DNA from: Harriotta raleighana
Taxonomy: Eukaryota
Direction: 5' to 3'
DNA: 64,000 nucleotides
Assembly (NCBI GenBank): GCA_050575255.1
Contig: JBNZDD010013730.1
Span: forward strand, 8,898,381 to 8,962,380
The notes under the pieces: model-generated
The model's input: only the letters and a program-made list of their open reading frames with translations
Database searches by the model: none
Told to the model about the DNA's origin: nothing
Program-made: the position numbers and the translations under genes
Part shown: in pieces, positions 1 through 10,899 of the stretch
How the letters are laid out: each line of letters begins with the position of its first letter
Numbering within the stretch: position 1 is the first letter of the stretch

Positions 1-567
1 ATCATACCAAGTCTGATTTCAAACAAAACTTGTGCACGTGACTTGCGGATTTTCTGTTATGTAGGGAGAAATTTCTACAGATGGCTAGACTGAAGAAATG
101 CCCAGGCATAAAAATATATGACATTATTCATGTCTTCAGATGATGAAAAAAATCAGGATGTGTGATCCCAGTGAGAATTAATGGCATGATTACAAAATAA
201 TGTTTCCAGTGCCTGAATGCTAGTAAAACGCAATGAGCCAAGTAATGAGTAATCCTGTACAGTGCTGTGTTTCTTCAGTCAATAATTCTGAAGGTTCAGG
301 ATTGCCAAACGTCAGTAGCAGTGGGAAGAATCAAGATTGCTGCTGCCTAGTGGTAGGAATAATATTTTGTACCGATAGTATAAATCCACACAAAGAAGCA
401 CTTTCAACGGAAAATAATAGTTCTAAAGACATTCATGAGTATGTTTTGAATATATTTTCTATAAGAATTGCCAGGTAAGGACTCAACAAAATTTTACTGA
501 AGCTATTTTGCTTTGTACATATCCATTGTATATTGCTGTATGTAACCATTTCTTTATTTCATATCAG

Positions 568-762
568 GTCTTGGATTCAAAACATATGAACCTTTCTACA
601 TTTCATGGGTGGATGGAAGTGTAACCCTTTTTCACAATATTTCATCTGATATCAATATCACAAGTGCTAAAGAGGAATGCATAACATTTGACCCATTGAA
701 TGGTGCATGGATCTCTGAAAAATGCTCACAACTCAAAGAAACATTCTGTAGATATAAAAAAG
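568..762 (+). CDS. ADGRD2: Adhesion GPCR exon, C-type-lectin-like half module: (G)LGFKTYEPFYISWVDGSVTLFHNISSDINITSAKEECITFDPLNGAWISEKCSQLKETFCRYKK
   Basis: Acceptor tttcatatcag|, donor AAAG|gttaat, 195 nt open, phase 1-1. Has WxDGS plus C..W..C..C pattern. Joins the next exon in frame (G|AT = D). Not in the ORF track. Confidence 0.8.
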
Positions 763-1060
763 GTTAATTTAATTGTTTATTATTATATTTTAAAGGCATT
801 TTACCTGAAAGCAATTATCATTGGGTTCCTGCACAAAATTGCCAATATATTTTTCTTTGATATAAATAGTAATCTCACATCTGATGTTAAGCGCTGCAGG
901 GGAATGTAAATTAGTGCTGTAATACAGAGCAGAAGATTTGGTATTAATTTTTGAAACAATTTTCCAAATGATTGCCTTGTATCTCAAAATGTTTATAGGT
1001 GATCTCTATGTTATTTGTGTATAACTTGTGTAAAGCATTCTTTTCGTTTAACTTTTACAG

Positions 1061-1146
1061 ATGTGTATGAACATATACAAATATTTTCCTCAGTTCCTCC
1101 ATCTCCATTTTTTCTTCAAGTAAAGAATATCCCTACTGGTGGTTCA
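1061..1146 (+). CDS. ADGRD2: Adhesion GPCR exon: (D)VYEHIQIFSSVPPSPFFLQVKNIPTGGS
   Basis: Acceptor acttttacag|, donor |gtaagt, phase 1-0. An alternative in-frame donor CAA|gtaaag would end it at 1119. Confidence 0.7.
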
Positions 1147-1872
1147 GTAAGTAATGTAAATTGTATTGTATCAGTAATTATATAATTTGCTTTTTCAAAG
1201 AGCTATTTAACAAAACTAATTCAATTTGCTGTAGAAAACAGTTGTATGCTTTGATGTAAAGGCAGGTTATATTTAAGTTACATGTTCTTAGCTAATCAAT
1301 CTCTGTTTGAGTTTGAGAAAGATTGATCTATGTTGTGAAGATATTACGTAATTCTTGATTTTATTGTTCATTCATTGAATTTTCATTTTTACCAATTTAC
1401 GGTCATAAATCTCTACTAGTTCCTAAATATGTCTACGTATGTAATGCTTGAAAGTAAGTTTCTTGTCCATGCGGTTTAATGTATGGTCAAACTTTATTGC
1501 TAATGATCCTTACCTCTGGTTTATTATTTTCTGTTTATAATAAAATGCTAACAGTTATAATAGTAATTTTGTTTTAATGTTGGACTTTGCCAATAACAAT
1601 CTTGCAGGTCATGGAATGAGTTACAAGTTTGAACAAACAACTTTCTTTATTTAATTGTGTACAATAATAATTCTTGCATTTGATGTGGGGTATTTTCATG
1701 TTTTTCAAAGGTCTCAAAATGCTTCACAGAATTTACTGTAGAGTGTAGTGACTGTATTTGCAGATAAATTAGTTATGCAGGTATGTATTAGGTACTTACC
1801 ATGGTCTCTCTGTACTGTTTGACAATATTTGCCTGGGTTGAATATAAACATGCAATTTGTTGAATGTTTTAG

Positions 1873-2157
1873 ATTGCAGACTATCTTCTTCTGAACAACA
1901 GTGACTATCCACAAACTGTGGATGGAGCAAATAATATCACCAAGTTGTTACTGGAGACTGTGGACAAGAGCGATGTAAGCCTCACCACTGTTGATCTGCT
2001 TGCCCTGACAAGACTTTTGGAAAATGTCGCACATCTGGATTTTGAGACTGAAACGAATAATTCAGTAACCCTTTTAAACTTGGCTACTAACTACGTACAA
2101 TTGGCAAGCAAAATAATAGACAGCAGGTGTTCCTTTCAATGGCTTGAAGTGTCTGAG
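1873..2157 (+). CDS. ADGRD2: Adhesion GPCR exon, helical GAIN-A region: IADYLLLNNSDYPQTVDGANN...SRCSFQWLEVSE
   Basis: Acceptor tgttttag|, donor GAG|gtaaga, 285 nt, phase 0-0. Overlaps ORF 1918..2238. Confidence 0.9.
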
Positions 2158-2754
2158 GTAAGAATTATATATTTCCATGTATCATTAAATTATAAAACCT
2201 ATTTTCTCATGTCAATTTACAAAACAATGAAAGTCTGACAGATACAGTGGTATAATTCATGCAGTTTTCTTTCAAATGTAAACCTAAAGACTTTTAGTGA
2301 ATAGACCCCAGAGTGCTTGCCAAATAGATGGTGGACTCATCAGGGAATACATGTTACTTTTACAGAGAAGTAAATCACCGAGTTGCAGCATTTTGCTGGA
2401 GCCTTGGTTGTTTGATGTTGATTTTGAAGCATGTTTTCTTAAATCAATTTAGTGTGTACAGTATTTTGGTTAAGTTTTGTAGTGAAGCTTGTTAATCGAA
2501 CCTGAAATCTTTTTGGAAATTATAAAATGGGATAAACTTATATATTTATTGTAAATTGCTCCCTAATTGTCATTCAATCATATATTTCTCCAATTAGAAT
2601 TTATAGTCCTTCCAACAACATTTCTCCTTATTCTCCATTGCTTATTAACTGAATGCACACCTTTGGTTACTCTTAACAACAACAAAAATAACATCTAGCT
2701 TGAAAGTGATTTACGGATCGATAAATTACTTGCACTTTCATGTTCACTTTGCAG

Positions 2755-2866
2755 GTAATACCTGGGCCATACATTATAATTCACAACTTTGATCTGGTTG
2801 CCAATAAACTGGCAGATTTTTCAACTTCCATTGGCTCAGACATTGTGCTGTCAACTGAGAACATAG
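2755..2866 (+). CDS. ADGRD2: Adhesion GPCR exon, GAIN: VIPGPYIIIHNFDLVANKLADFSTSIGSDIVLSTENI
   Basis: cactttgcag| ... ATAG|gtgagg, phase 0-1. Confidence 0.9.
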
Positions 2867-3395
2867 GTGAGGCGAGGCCTATATTTCACTTTGACGTTGT
2901 ATATTTCCACTTTGAGGAACATAACTGCAAAATAATAGCTTACTATTTATAACCATCTCCATTTGTGAAAAAGAAATGCCAATATCTTCAGACAGCCTGG
3001 TGAGCTATCTTCATTAAAAGTTTTTTGTGAGATGACTCGTCTTGAATTGCTACCTAACCAAAATGGTTCAACGTGACTTCTAGATGAATAGTAAAAAGTC
3101 TGTCAAACACTGTGTGATTTGAAAAAGCGTGGTGCTCTTCTAACAATTTCAAAGCTTCTTTTGCCTCAGTATATTTGGAAGACAAAACACATAAAATATA
3201 ATATGCAGTGCAAGTTCTACACGTGGATTATTTTTCGTTTTTATCCTGCGTGGGATAATCTAAGAAATTCAGCAAGTTGTCATAGATATGTTATGCAGAT
3301 GAACTTTTGCACTGTAATAAGTCTGCAATTTATGTAATAACTGTTGCAATATATTCAATGTTTTGGTTATAATTATATTGATGCAACCTATGCAG

Positions 3396-3530
3396 ATTTG
3401 CAGATTACAACAAAACAGTTGCCTAATTTGGAAAGTGGCCTCGTTTACAAACCTGCGTGTATTTCAGCTCGAGATCGAGCTGATGAAATCCAGATCCCTA
3501 ACTTTGAGGTACTGCGGCTACTTACTTTAG
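3396..3530 (+). CDS. ADGRD2: Adhesion GPCR exon, GAIN-B: (D)LQITTKQLPNLESGLVYKPACISARDRADEIQIPNFEVLRLLTL
   Basis: tatgcag| ... TTAG|gtgggt, 135 nt, phase 1-1. Confidence 0.85.
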   Translation: MCRLQQNSCLIWKVASFTNLRVFQLEIELMKSRSLTLRYCGYLL

Positions 3531-3777
3531 GTGGGTAACATTCAGCAGCTTTATTTGTAACAGTGTCGTTTCATTCATTTCAATTACAGCTTTGCTCTTG
3601 TTGTGTTCTGACCATCAGCACTTTGGCTTTTGCTGTTTTTTTTAGTGTTACAGGATTCTGTTGAATCAAACATTTCCAATATCCCTCTGTCTGCACATGA
3701 AATGAATTAAGTTAAAGGAAATGGGGCTACTATTGATTGGTGTTATTGATAGGGTTGTCTTCTCTTCTAAACTACAA

Positions 3778-3965
3778 TAATAATAACAATAAAATCCTTG
3801 CATTGGATATAGTGCCTTATCACGTCTTTAAGGCATCTCAATGCACTTCACTGAAAATATATTGTAAGGGGAATTGACTGTATATTTTATGGGCGAAACA
3901 TAGCCAATTGTGCAGAGCAATGTTCCACAAATAATCGTGGATTAAATGACCAAATTATTATTATG
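3778..3965 (-). mobile_element. Young Deu-type SINE, 3' half
   Basis: Reverse complement of the family tail (atcaaatgcaaggatt...att) and core. Confidence 0.75.
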
Positions 3966-4093
3966 TTTACAATAACTGTTAGGGTGCCATTTTTTGAGTT
4001 TTCAGGGTGGTGGTGCTAAAAGGGTTTGCTACTAACATGTTTTGTGAAAAACAAATCAGAGATGTGGCTAAAAATACTCTTTTATTTCTTTAG

Positions 4094-4190
4094 GGTACCA
4101 TGAATTGGTATTTATACATGCTTACTACAGGAGTTTGGAGCACCTTTATAATCCAAACTCTGTTTTGCTGGCTGCAAAATCAGGGAGTAG
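4094..4190 (+). CDS. ADGRD2: Adhesion GPCR exon, GAIN-B: (G)YHELVFIHAYYRSLEHLYNPNSVLLAAKSGS
   Basis: tttctttag| ... GTAG|gtaaga, phase 1-2. Confidence 0.85.
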
Positions 4191-4989
4191 GTAAGAGTAT
4201 ATTATCTGTGAATAAATGAAGTTAGAAGAGCTATTCTGCTGAGACAACATTTAGAGGCTGCAGAGTTACCTTGTAACAGGCAGCAACATAATTTCTCTTT
4301 CCTGTGTTTATCATGTACACATGAAGCCAATGATCATCTGTCACTGTTTACTTCCACTATAAAAACTAAACGCCTTTAATTTGGACCATTATGTTTCTAT
4401 GTATAGACATTAAAAAACCTATGTTTCTATGCTATAAATAACAACAATCCAGATGAATACATTCTGGGGTTCAGGTGATCTTAATAGACCACTTGGGATT
4501 TGATTTTGTGCCATGTTCTCAAACGTTTAATGTTGTGTATCAAGTTACTATAACATGAAACATCTAGAGATCACATTGTGCTAACCTTATTTTGGCTAAC
4601 CTTATGCTTAAGTTGTTTTCGTGTAGAAGTCAGTGACCTTGTACCATACTTGTAGCCTGGGAAGATTTACAGTGCTCCTTCTGCATGTATTTCAGGTTGT
4701 TGCAGCATTAGGGGGCTACGCAGATCCCAGAGGCATGAAAGCCACATTGTTAATATGTTAGAGGGATGAATTATCAAATCTCTTCAGACCTGAAAGAGAC
4801 ACTTCAGGGAGGACCTTATAGAGGATTGTTAGCAGCTTAATCTGATAGAGAAAATAAACCTGGAGCAATACTTTCAGGATGGCCAAGGCAGCAGGAGAAA
4901 TGGGAACAGGTTAACTGTTATTTTTTTTCCCATACGCACTAAGAAAATGTACTTTTCTTACACAGAAGGAAATTAATAAGTCTAATGAA

Positions 4990-5121
4990 ACAGTTAACTG
5001 TAACAGAAGGGTGGACTGCAATGAAATGGTTAATTGTAATGGAATAGTTAACTGTAACAGAAGGATGGACTGCAGTGAAATGGATAATAATATTGGAATG
5101 ATTATCTGTAATGGAAGGATG
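4990..5121. repeat. 18-bp-unit minisatellite (~7 units) with 54-bp higher-order period
   Basis: acagttaactgtaacaga/agggtggactgcaatgaa/atggttaattgtaatgga/atagttaactgtaacaga/aggatggactgcagtgaa/atggataataatattgga/atgattatctgtaatgga. Confidence 0.85.
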
Positions 5122-5735
5122 GTTAAGATCATCAGACACGAGAGTCATTTAAGAAACAGCTTGATGCTGCAGCAGGAAGACAGTAGAATGGGTATTTGGG
5201 AATATTAAGATCAAAGCAGAAGGAGAGTTCTTCATCCAAACCAAATCTCTTATGATCTTGTAATATGTTATGTCTTCACAGGGTGTGTTTGAATTAGGAT
5301 TTCTATGCATCACATACATACATGGAGAAGCTTGTAGCATTTGTATTTCCATTCATTTAATCTCTCATATTGAATCTGAATTGAGTTGAAGGCACCTAAT
5401 TATAAAACATTTCACAAGAAGTTAATAGTGTGTGTAAAATAAGGCCAGATGGCCTGAGCACATTCAGTGTGCTGAGCAATCAGAAAAAAAAATGAGGCAA
5501 CATTTTACACATGGATCATTGTAATATATTTCATTTGGGTACCTGAAAGGATTATAAAGTTTTTTTAATGAAAATTGATTTGTTGTATTGGAATTATAGA
5601 CATGAATAGGAATTGTAAGCATTTATCACACAACACAGCATAGCTTCAGATCAGATGTCACCATCCTCCCCAGTCCCTATCTGCTATCTCTGGGATTTTT
5701 GAACTATGAACAACCAGTGTAATTTATGATTCCAG

Positions 5736-5847
5736 TTTGCAAAGCAGGCAGCTAGGAACAGCTGTTATCTCATCAACTGTGCGTGACCCTCTCACAGCAA
5801 GGAACCTGCCCGTTGCAGTACAATATTCTTTGTCACATGGGGCTCTG
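5736..5847 (+). CDS. ADGRD2: Adhesion GPCR exon, GAIN-B: (S)LQSRQLGTAVISSTVRDPLTARNLPVAVQYSLSHGAL
   Basis: gattccag| ... CTG|gtaagc, phase 2-0. Typical GAIN 'VISS' strand and 'L.H' motif. Confidence 0.9.
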
Positions 5848-6179
5848 GTAAGCACATTGACATTTCTACTCCAGGAAATCTAAGCAACCAAGCGATGTTT
5901 GCATTACTGCTCATGATTACATAGAATTACATGTAATTACATGTTGGGGGGAAGGGAGGCATTCATTCATTCATACATGAGGAAGAAGGGAATCGAGGGA
6001 TATGAGCGAGGGAAATTTGAGGGATGGAGGTTCATGTGGAGCACAAACTCCACCGACTAGTTGGGCCAAATGGCCTGTTTCTATTCCATGTAATTCTAAT
6101 TCACAAAGTATCAGTGTTGTTTGGTATGGATTCTGGTTCGACCAGTTGCACAACATTTGCCTCCCATTTCTTTTGATAG

Positions 6180-6235
6180 GTCGGATTTCCGAAGTTTGCC
6201 ATACCAGAATGTGTCTTCTGGAATTTCAGTCTTCA
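6180..6235 (+). CDS. ADGRD2: Adhesion GPCR exon, start of GPS: VGFPKFAIPECVFWNFSL
   Basis: ttttgatag| ... TTCA|gtaagt, phase 0-2. CVFW GPS motif. Confidence 0.93.
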
Positions 6236-6581
6236 GTAAGTACCTCTTGCAAATACAGTACATTTTATAGATCAGTTTGTTCCACAGGTATTTAGCAGCG
6301 ATGGGATATAGATGTCTCAACAAAAGACATTACATTTAGCTTCAGTGAAGTCCTTTTCTTTGTAAGTGCCAAACACATACATTATATAGTATAGTCATTA
6401 GTGAATTGATTTCCAGAAAAAAGTTTCCCATAACATATAAGTGACATTCTCTGAAAAATCTAAATTTGTTCTTCCATGAATCAATTTGTGTTATTTTAAT
6501 AAACAATAGGTCTATGAGCAACTACTGTAGTATCAAAAAACTTGATCACTGTATACTAAGCTTTGAAGTTTATTTCCTCAG

Positions 6582-6708
6582 GAATGGCCATTTCGCTGGG
6601 TGGTCAAGGCAAGGCTGTCAAGTGATTCAGTTTGAACCTGAGGTCACATTCTGCTTTTGCAACCATACAACCAACTTTGCAGTGCTATTGCAGTTCACAG
6701 AAATGCAG
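6582..6708 (+). CDS. ADGRD2: Adhesion GPCR exon, GPS and Stachel: (Q)NGHFAGWSRQGCQVIQFEPEVTFCFCNHTTNFAVLLQFTEMQ
   Basis: ttcctcag| ... CAG|gtaagt, phase 2-0. WSxxGC...CxCNHxTNFAVLL is a canonical GPS motif. Confidence 0.96.
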
Positions 6709-7432
6709 GTAAGTTTGCAGTATGGGGGTTTGTAAAAGGGAACTTACAGTTTCGCTAATGTACTGTGTGAGAACTTGCAATCAGTTATCTTTTCCTTGTA
6801 ATTACTGCTGATTAAAAGAGGTACATTACAGCAATGACTAAATTATACAGTAGTGTACAGTACATGTATTCAGCTCTTTAGGAAGCATTGGATCACTGAT
6901 GTTTTCCTGATATTTGAATAGATTCTATGATTATTGACATTTTATAGGAGATATTAATGAGATTTCACTATGTGTGGCATGTTGACTGTAATTTTCAATG
7001 AAGGTGTCTGACTGTCATGTTTAAAAACAACAGAATGGCCACTTGCGCCATCACTTCCGAAACCGAATATATCACAGGATGACATTTGTGAACACATTAG
7101 TTAATTAAATGTGGTAACATTGTTTTTTTTTAAACATAGGAACAGATTAATGTTCATGCTGTGTACATTTCACATTGACTGACAATATATTTCTGCTGCT
7201 GTGCCAAACCCTGGCATAACAAAACTAAATAAACCCACTTTTATTTACTAAGCAACAGAGCAATGTTATTGAGGCTGCATTTGTTGCTTGTCCAAATGAA
7301 TGTCTTGCTGTATTAAGACTATCATCATGTTGTTCTAGTTGATAAGAATTTGGAGAATTTTGCAACACTTTTATCATTAGAAATGTAACCTGATGTACAT
7401 ATGATGATCTTTTGTTTTATTGATTCCTGCAG

Positions 7433-7536
7433 TGGAGCCCGGAGGTTGAGAGCATATTGAACAAGCTAACATTCATTGGGTCCGGAGCCTCACTTTGTGC
7501 GTTAGTCGTGACCCTGACTCTTTTCACAGTGCTTGA
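7433..7536 (+). CDS. ADGRD2: Adhesion GPCR exon, TM1: WSPEVESILNKLTFIGSGASLCALVVTLTLFTVL
   Basis: attcctgcag| ... TTGA|gtaagt, phase 0-2. Hydrophobic helix. Confidence 0.94.
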
Positions 7537-8178
7537 GTAAGTGGATGGATAAGTCAGCTATTTTATGCCTTAAACACCTCATTAGATAACAAAACGTTGA
7601 GAGATGTGTGATATGAGATTGATCATATGATGTGATATTTATCCAATTCACAGCTATTTTTGCTTCATAACCGGTGCTTTTGACCTGCACAGTTCACTGC
7701 TATTGTTGTAAGATGATGTTTTCTATGCAGTGGCTCCTTCAAAAGGTGTTGTGACTCTGATAGAAATTAAAGAACAAATTATTCATATTGTGAATCTAAA
7801 ATCTAAAGAGTTGGGAATTCTGCAGATAATGGCAGTTCGCATCCATGTTCAGAGACTTGAAAAGCAGCTCAAGTTCAGTTAAACCACATGCACCATGTAG
7901 TTTCCTGTCATGTGAAATGAAAATAATCAAAACTTTTGTCAGATACAACTTGTACAACTTGTACAACATAGCTGCTATGTCTTGGAACATTCTCCAGACA
8001 TGAAAAGCACTCTACAAATCTAATTTTGTATTGTACTGTATACAGGAAACCTGCAAAATGCTAGTTTTATTCCATTTGTGATTGTGTCGAATTCTGCGTA
8101 GCTTGTAGACATTGCAAACATCAAGCCCATTATTAGTATTCATGTCGGAAATAATTGAAAGGAACTACTTTTGTACAG

Positions 8179-8199
8179 TATATATATATATATATATAT
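8179..8199. repeat. (TA)n microsatellite
   Basis: About 10 TA units read directly. Confidence 0.9.
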
Positions 8200-8288
8200 C
8201 CAACTGTAAAGCAATCAGTTCATGGCTTTAATAGGCACTATGATAAGACTTTGCAATACTGTTTCCTCATAATTTCCTGTTTTTCCAG

Positions 8289-8391
8289 TATTCCCAAATC
8301 CGATCGAACCTCCATTCACAAGAACCTGTTTGTGGCATTGATTGCAGCACAGGTGGTGTTGCTAAGCAGTGACTCAGCTACAAGCAACAAG
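8289..8391 (+). CDS. ADGRD2: Adhesion GPCR exon, ICL1-TM2: (D)IPKSDRTSIHKNLFVALIAAQVVLLSSDSATSNK
   Basis: ttttccag| ... AAG|gtaaac, phase 2-0. IHKNL family motif; PKSDRT resembles ADGRD2 PKSERT. Confidence 0.95.
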
Positions 8392-8600
8392 GTAAACTGA
8401 GGATATTAGCTACACAAATTGGCTGGCACGTTCACCTACAAGTACTGTTCACACACAGTCGCTACACTTAACAGTAATTTTCCTTTGAAACATTTCAATG
8501 TGATAAGGTGTTACAACAAATGCAAGGACTTTTATATCATTATAACGCTTCCAGATAAAAAATATACCCTCTCAGGTCATGCGTTGCATCTCATTTGCAG

Positions 8601-8754
8601 GTGGCCTGTGTTATAGTTGCTGCTCTTTTGCATTTGTTCTTCATGGCTGCTTTCGCCTGGATGATGGTGGAGGGTCTGCTGCTGTGGAGTAAAGTGGTAA
8701 CCGTCAATCTGAGTGAGGAACGGAGGATGAAATACTATTACCTTGTTGGCTGGG
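8601..8754 (+). CDS. ADGRD2: Adhesion GPCR exon, TM3-ICL2-TM4 start: VACVIVAALLHLFFMAAFAWMMVEGLLLWSKVVTVNLSEERRMKYYYLVGW
   Basis: catttgcag| ... TGGG|gtaggt, phase 0-1. LH.FF.AAF.WM.VEG motif; EGLLLW.KVV is ADGRD2-like. Confidence 0.96.
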
Positions 8755-9379
8755 GTAGGTCTTGTGAAAGCAAGCCACAGTAATGTACGAAGGTGAAATT
8801 CCTCTTGCCACCAAGTGTAAGAATATTGGCATTCTGTGCTATTTATAGGAAGAACTCATTGTAAGCCCCAATCAAATTCACTAGGTCTGGTAAGAAGAAT
8901 TTTTCATATAAATTTATAGCATTTGTTTGCATCTATTCTGTCTCCAAATATGGGTTTTACATATATTTCAGTTTTGTTGTGGCTGTTCAAATTAGGTAAA
9001 ATTAATCTGGGATGCACAATCTCCTGATAGCATTTGCTCAAAATTATACACAAAATTCATGCCTCACATAAGTAGACATGATTGGAAGCCATAGTGTTAA
9101 TACTTTATAAAGAAGATGTGGATGCATTAGACCCATTGTACGACTGACCACACTTTGAAGTTTAATTGCTGTTACACTGAGAAAAATAGGCTTTTGAACA
9201 ATTTTGCATCAGTATTTTTAAGTGTTCAGTTTCATTTCAGAGTTGATGCTTTCTTATTTAATATGCTTAAAGGTTTGACTTTATGAACAAATATCTTTAT
9301 TAGACCTTTAAATAATTTAATAATAAGGAAGAGGCTACCTCTAATATGAAACTTGCTGATGGCACTCAAGTTTAAGGGT

Positions 9380-9790
9380 GGTTGGTTAGTGTGAAGCATA
9401 CTCATGGTGTTTGATGGGATCCAGACAGGTTCCATGGAGAAACTAAGGAACAGATGGATATTAATGTTGGAGAAAAAATTGTAAGACATGGCTATGAAAT
9501 TAATGGTGCATTCAGCCATTCTGAACATGCTGTTATCAGGGCTGATCAAGTACAGTACTAGGATATATGTTAAGTGCATTCAATAAATTGAAATTAGTTA
9601 TTGTAGCTTTGCACTTGAGATATTGTGTTCAGTTCTTGACAAAGTATCTTTAAAAGGCATCCGTGCTCTTTAAAAAGTTCGGAGAGAGGTATCAAGAATG
9701 ATTCCATTCATGAACTGAATTTAGGAACTCGGAGAAGAGTGAGAGCAGATGTGATCTAATATTTAGACTGATGGTGCAATATGGAATGGA
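9380..9790 (+). mobile_element. Degenerate CR1-type LINE ORF2 3' fragment
   Basis: CR1-like remnants such as cacttgagatattgtgttcagttct...gttcggagagaggtatcaagaatgattcc...ggagaagagtgagagcagatgtgatctaat. Boundaries approximate. Confidence 0.55.
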
Positions 9791-9878
9791 ATTTGTATTC
9801 TGAAATCCTGGTTGAAATTGCTGGGTTTTGGGGCTATCATCTCTGCTTAGAAATAATTGCGTGTTTGTTTCGCTCTAG

Positions 9879-10012
9879 GCCTGCCTTTCCTAATAGTCAG
9901 CATCACATTGGCTGCATCTCATGACAAATACGTCGCAGATAGACATTGTTGGCTGAATGTTCAAAATGGTGTTATTTGGGCATTTGTTGGGCCAGTAATC
10001 TTCATCATTATG
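9879..10012 (+). CDS. ADGRD2: Adhesion GPCR exon, TM4-ECL2-TM5: (G)LPFLIVSITLAASHDKYVADRHCWLNVQNGVIWAFVGPVIFIIM
   Basis: cgctctag| ... ATG|gtaaga, phase 1-0. CWL and IWAFVGP motifs. Confidence 0.96.
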
Positions 10013-10339
10013 GTAAGAACAGTATTTCTTTGCTATAAAAAAATTAATGTGATTGGGATGCCCTCCTGACGTGAAAGGTGCTCTACAAATGCAATTTTGT
10101 TGTTGTTGTTGAGCATTAAAAAAAAGAAAACGTTCATGTTAAATCAGTGCATCTGCTTTGGGAAGCACACAAATGTATCTATGTCCACATATTTTCCAAA
10201 CCTGCATTGTTGGAAGTGTACAGACCTTTGGTGAAAAAATAAGTAAGGTTGTTAACACTTGCAGTCACAAGGCTTTCCTTTTTTCCAGGCTTGAATCTAA
10301 AGACTTATCAACCTGGATATCGTATACTCGAATATACTG

Positions 10340-10500
10340 TAAATAATATCACTCAATCCACATTTATGGGACACAGCTGTGCGCAGTTGGCTACCACGTT
10401 TCCCCCACAGTCAATTCACTTTATGGTATCTTCTGTGAAATGCATTGAGGCATCTCAATGACGTGATAAAGCACTATATCAAATGCAAGCATTAATTATT
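10340..10500 (+). mobile_element. Young Deu-type SINE, 3' half
   Basis: gggacacagctgtgcgcagttggctaccacgtttc...atcaaatgcaagcattaattatt. Confidence 0.8.
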
Positions 10501-10721
10501 ACAGATCTTTTCTAATATGGAACTTTGTGGTTATTTTGAACTACAGGAAAAAAAACTGGATGTTGCTTAACATTTGCACAAAGTACCCCCAAAAAATTTT
10601 CAGTTTCACCAGTAAATGTTGCTGTATCTTAGCTTAAAAGGTATGCTGAACCTTTCTATCTATAAATGTGTGCACAAATATATTTTTATAACTTTAATAA
10701 AATCTATTTATTACTACCCAG

Positions 10722-10837
10722 GTGAACATGTTTGTGCTGATGCGAGTTGTGATGATCACTATGTCAACTGCTAAGAGACGGGCCATTATGCTAGCTATCA
10801 ATAGTAGTCCTATAGAGCAAGCCTACGATCAAATCAG
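10722..10837 (+). CDS. ADGRD2: Adhesion GPCR exon, TM5-ICL3: VNMFVLMRVVMITMSTAKRRAIMLAINSSPIEQAYDQI
   Basis: tacccag| ... TCAG|gtgaga, phase 0-2. RVVMIT.S.A.RRA.ML is ADGRD2-like. Not in the ORF track. Confidence 0.94.
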
Positions 10838-10865
10838 GTGAGAAATGTTCCGCAGATACTATCCT

Positions 10866-10884
10866 ATCCCTCTAGATGGCAGTA
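10866..10884 (+). promoter_or_regulatory. CTCF-like motif atCCCTCTAGATGGCAGTA
   Basis: Fits core CCWSYAGRKGGCRS with no mismatch. Motif only, no binding data. Confidence 0.45.
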
Positions 10885-10899
10885 TTAAATAAGCTTGGA

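Noticed and set aside
1-60. Open frame IIPSLISNKTCARDLRIFCY followed by gtaggg, a possible end of a pentraxin exon
   Set aside because: Only faint resemblance, and a phase-0 donor does not fit the phase-1 start of exon 568. Cannot be judged at the window edge.
233-478. ORF MSQVMSNP...CCCLVV ending at a strong donor
   Set aside because: Its frame gives phase 2 at 474, which runs into a stop in exon 568. No family motif.
1711-1780. Exon-like segment tttttcaaag|...CAG|gtatgt
   Set aside because: Stops in all three frames and it lies in a decayed minus-strand SINE tail.
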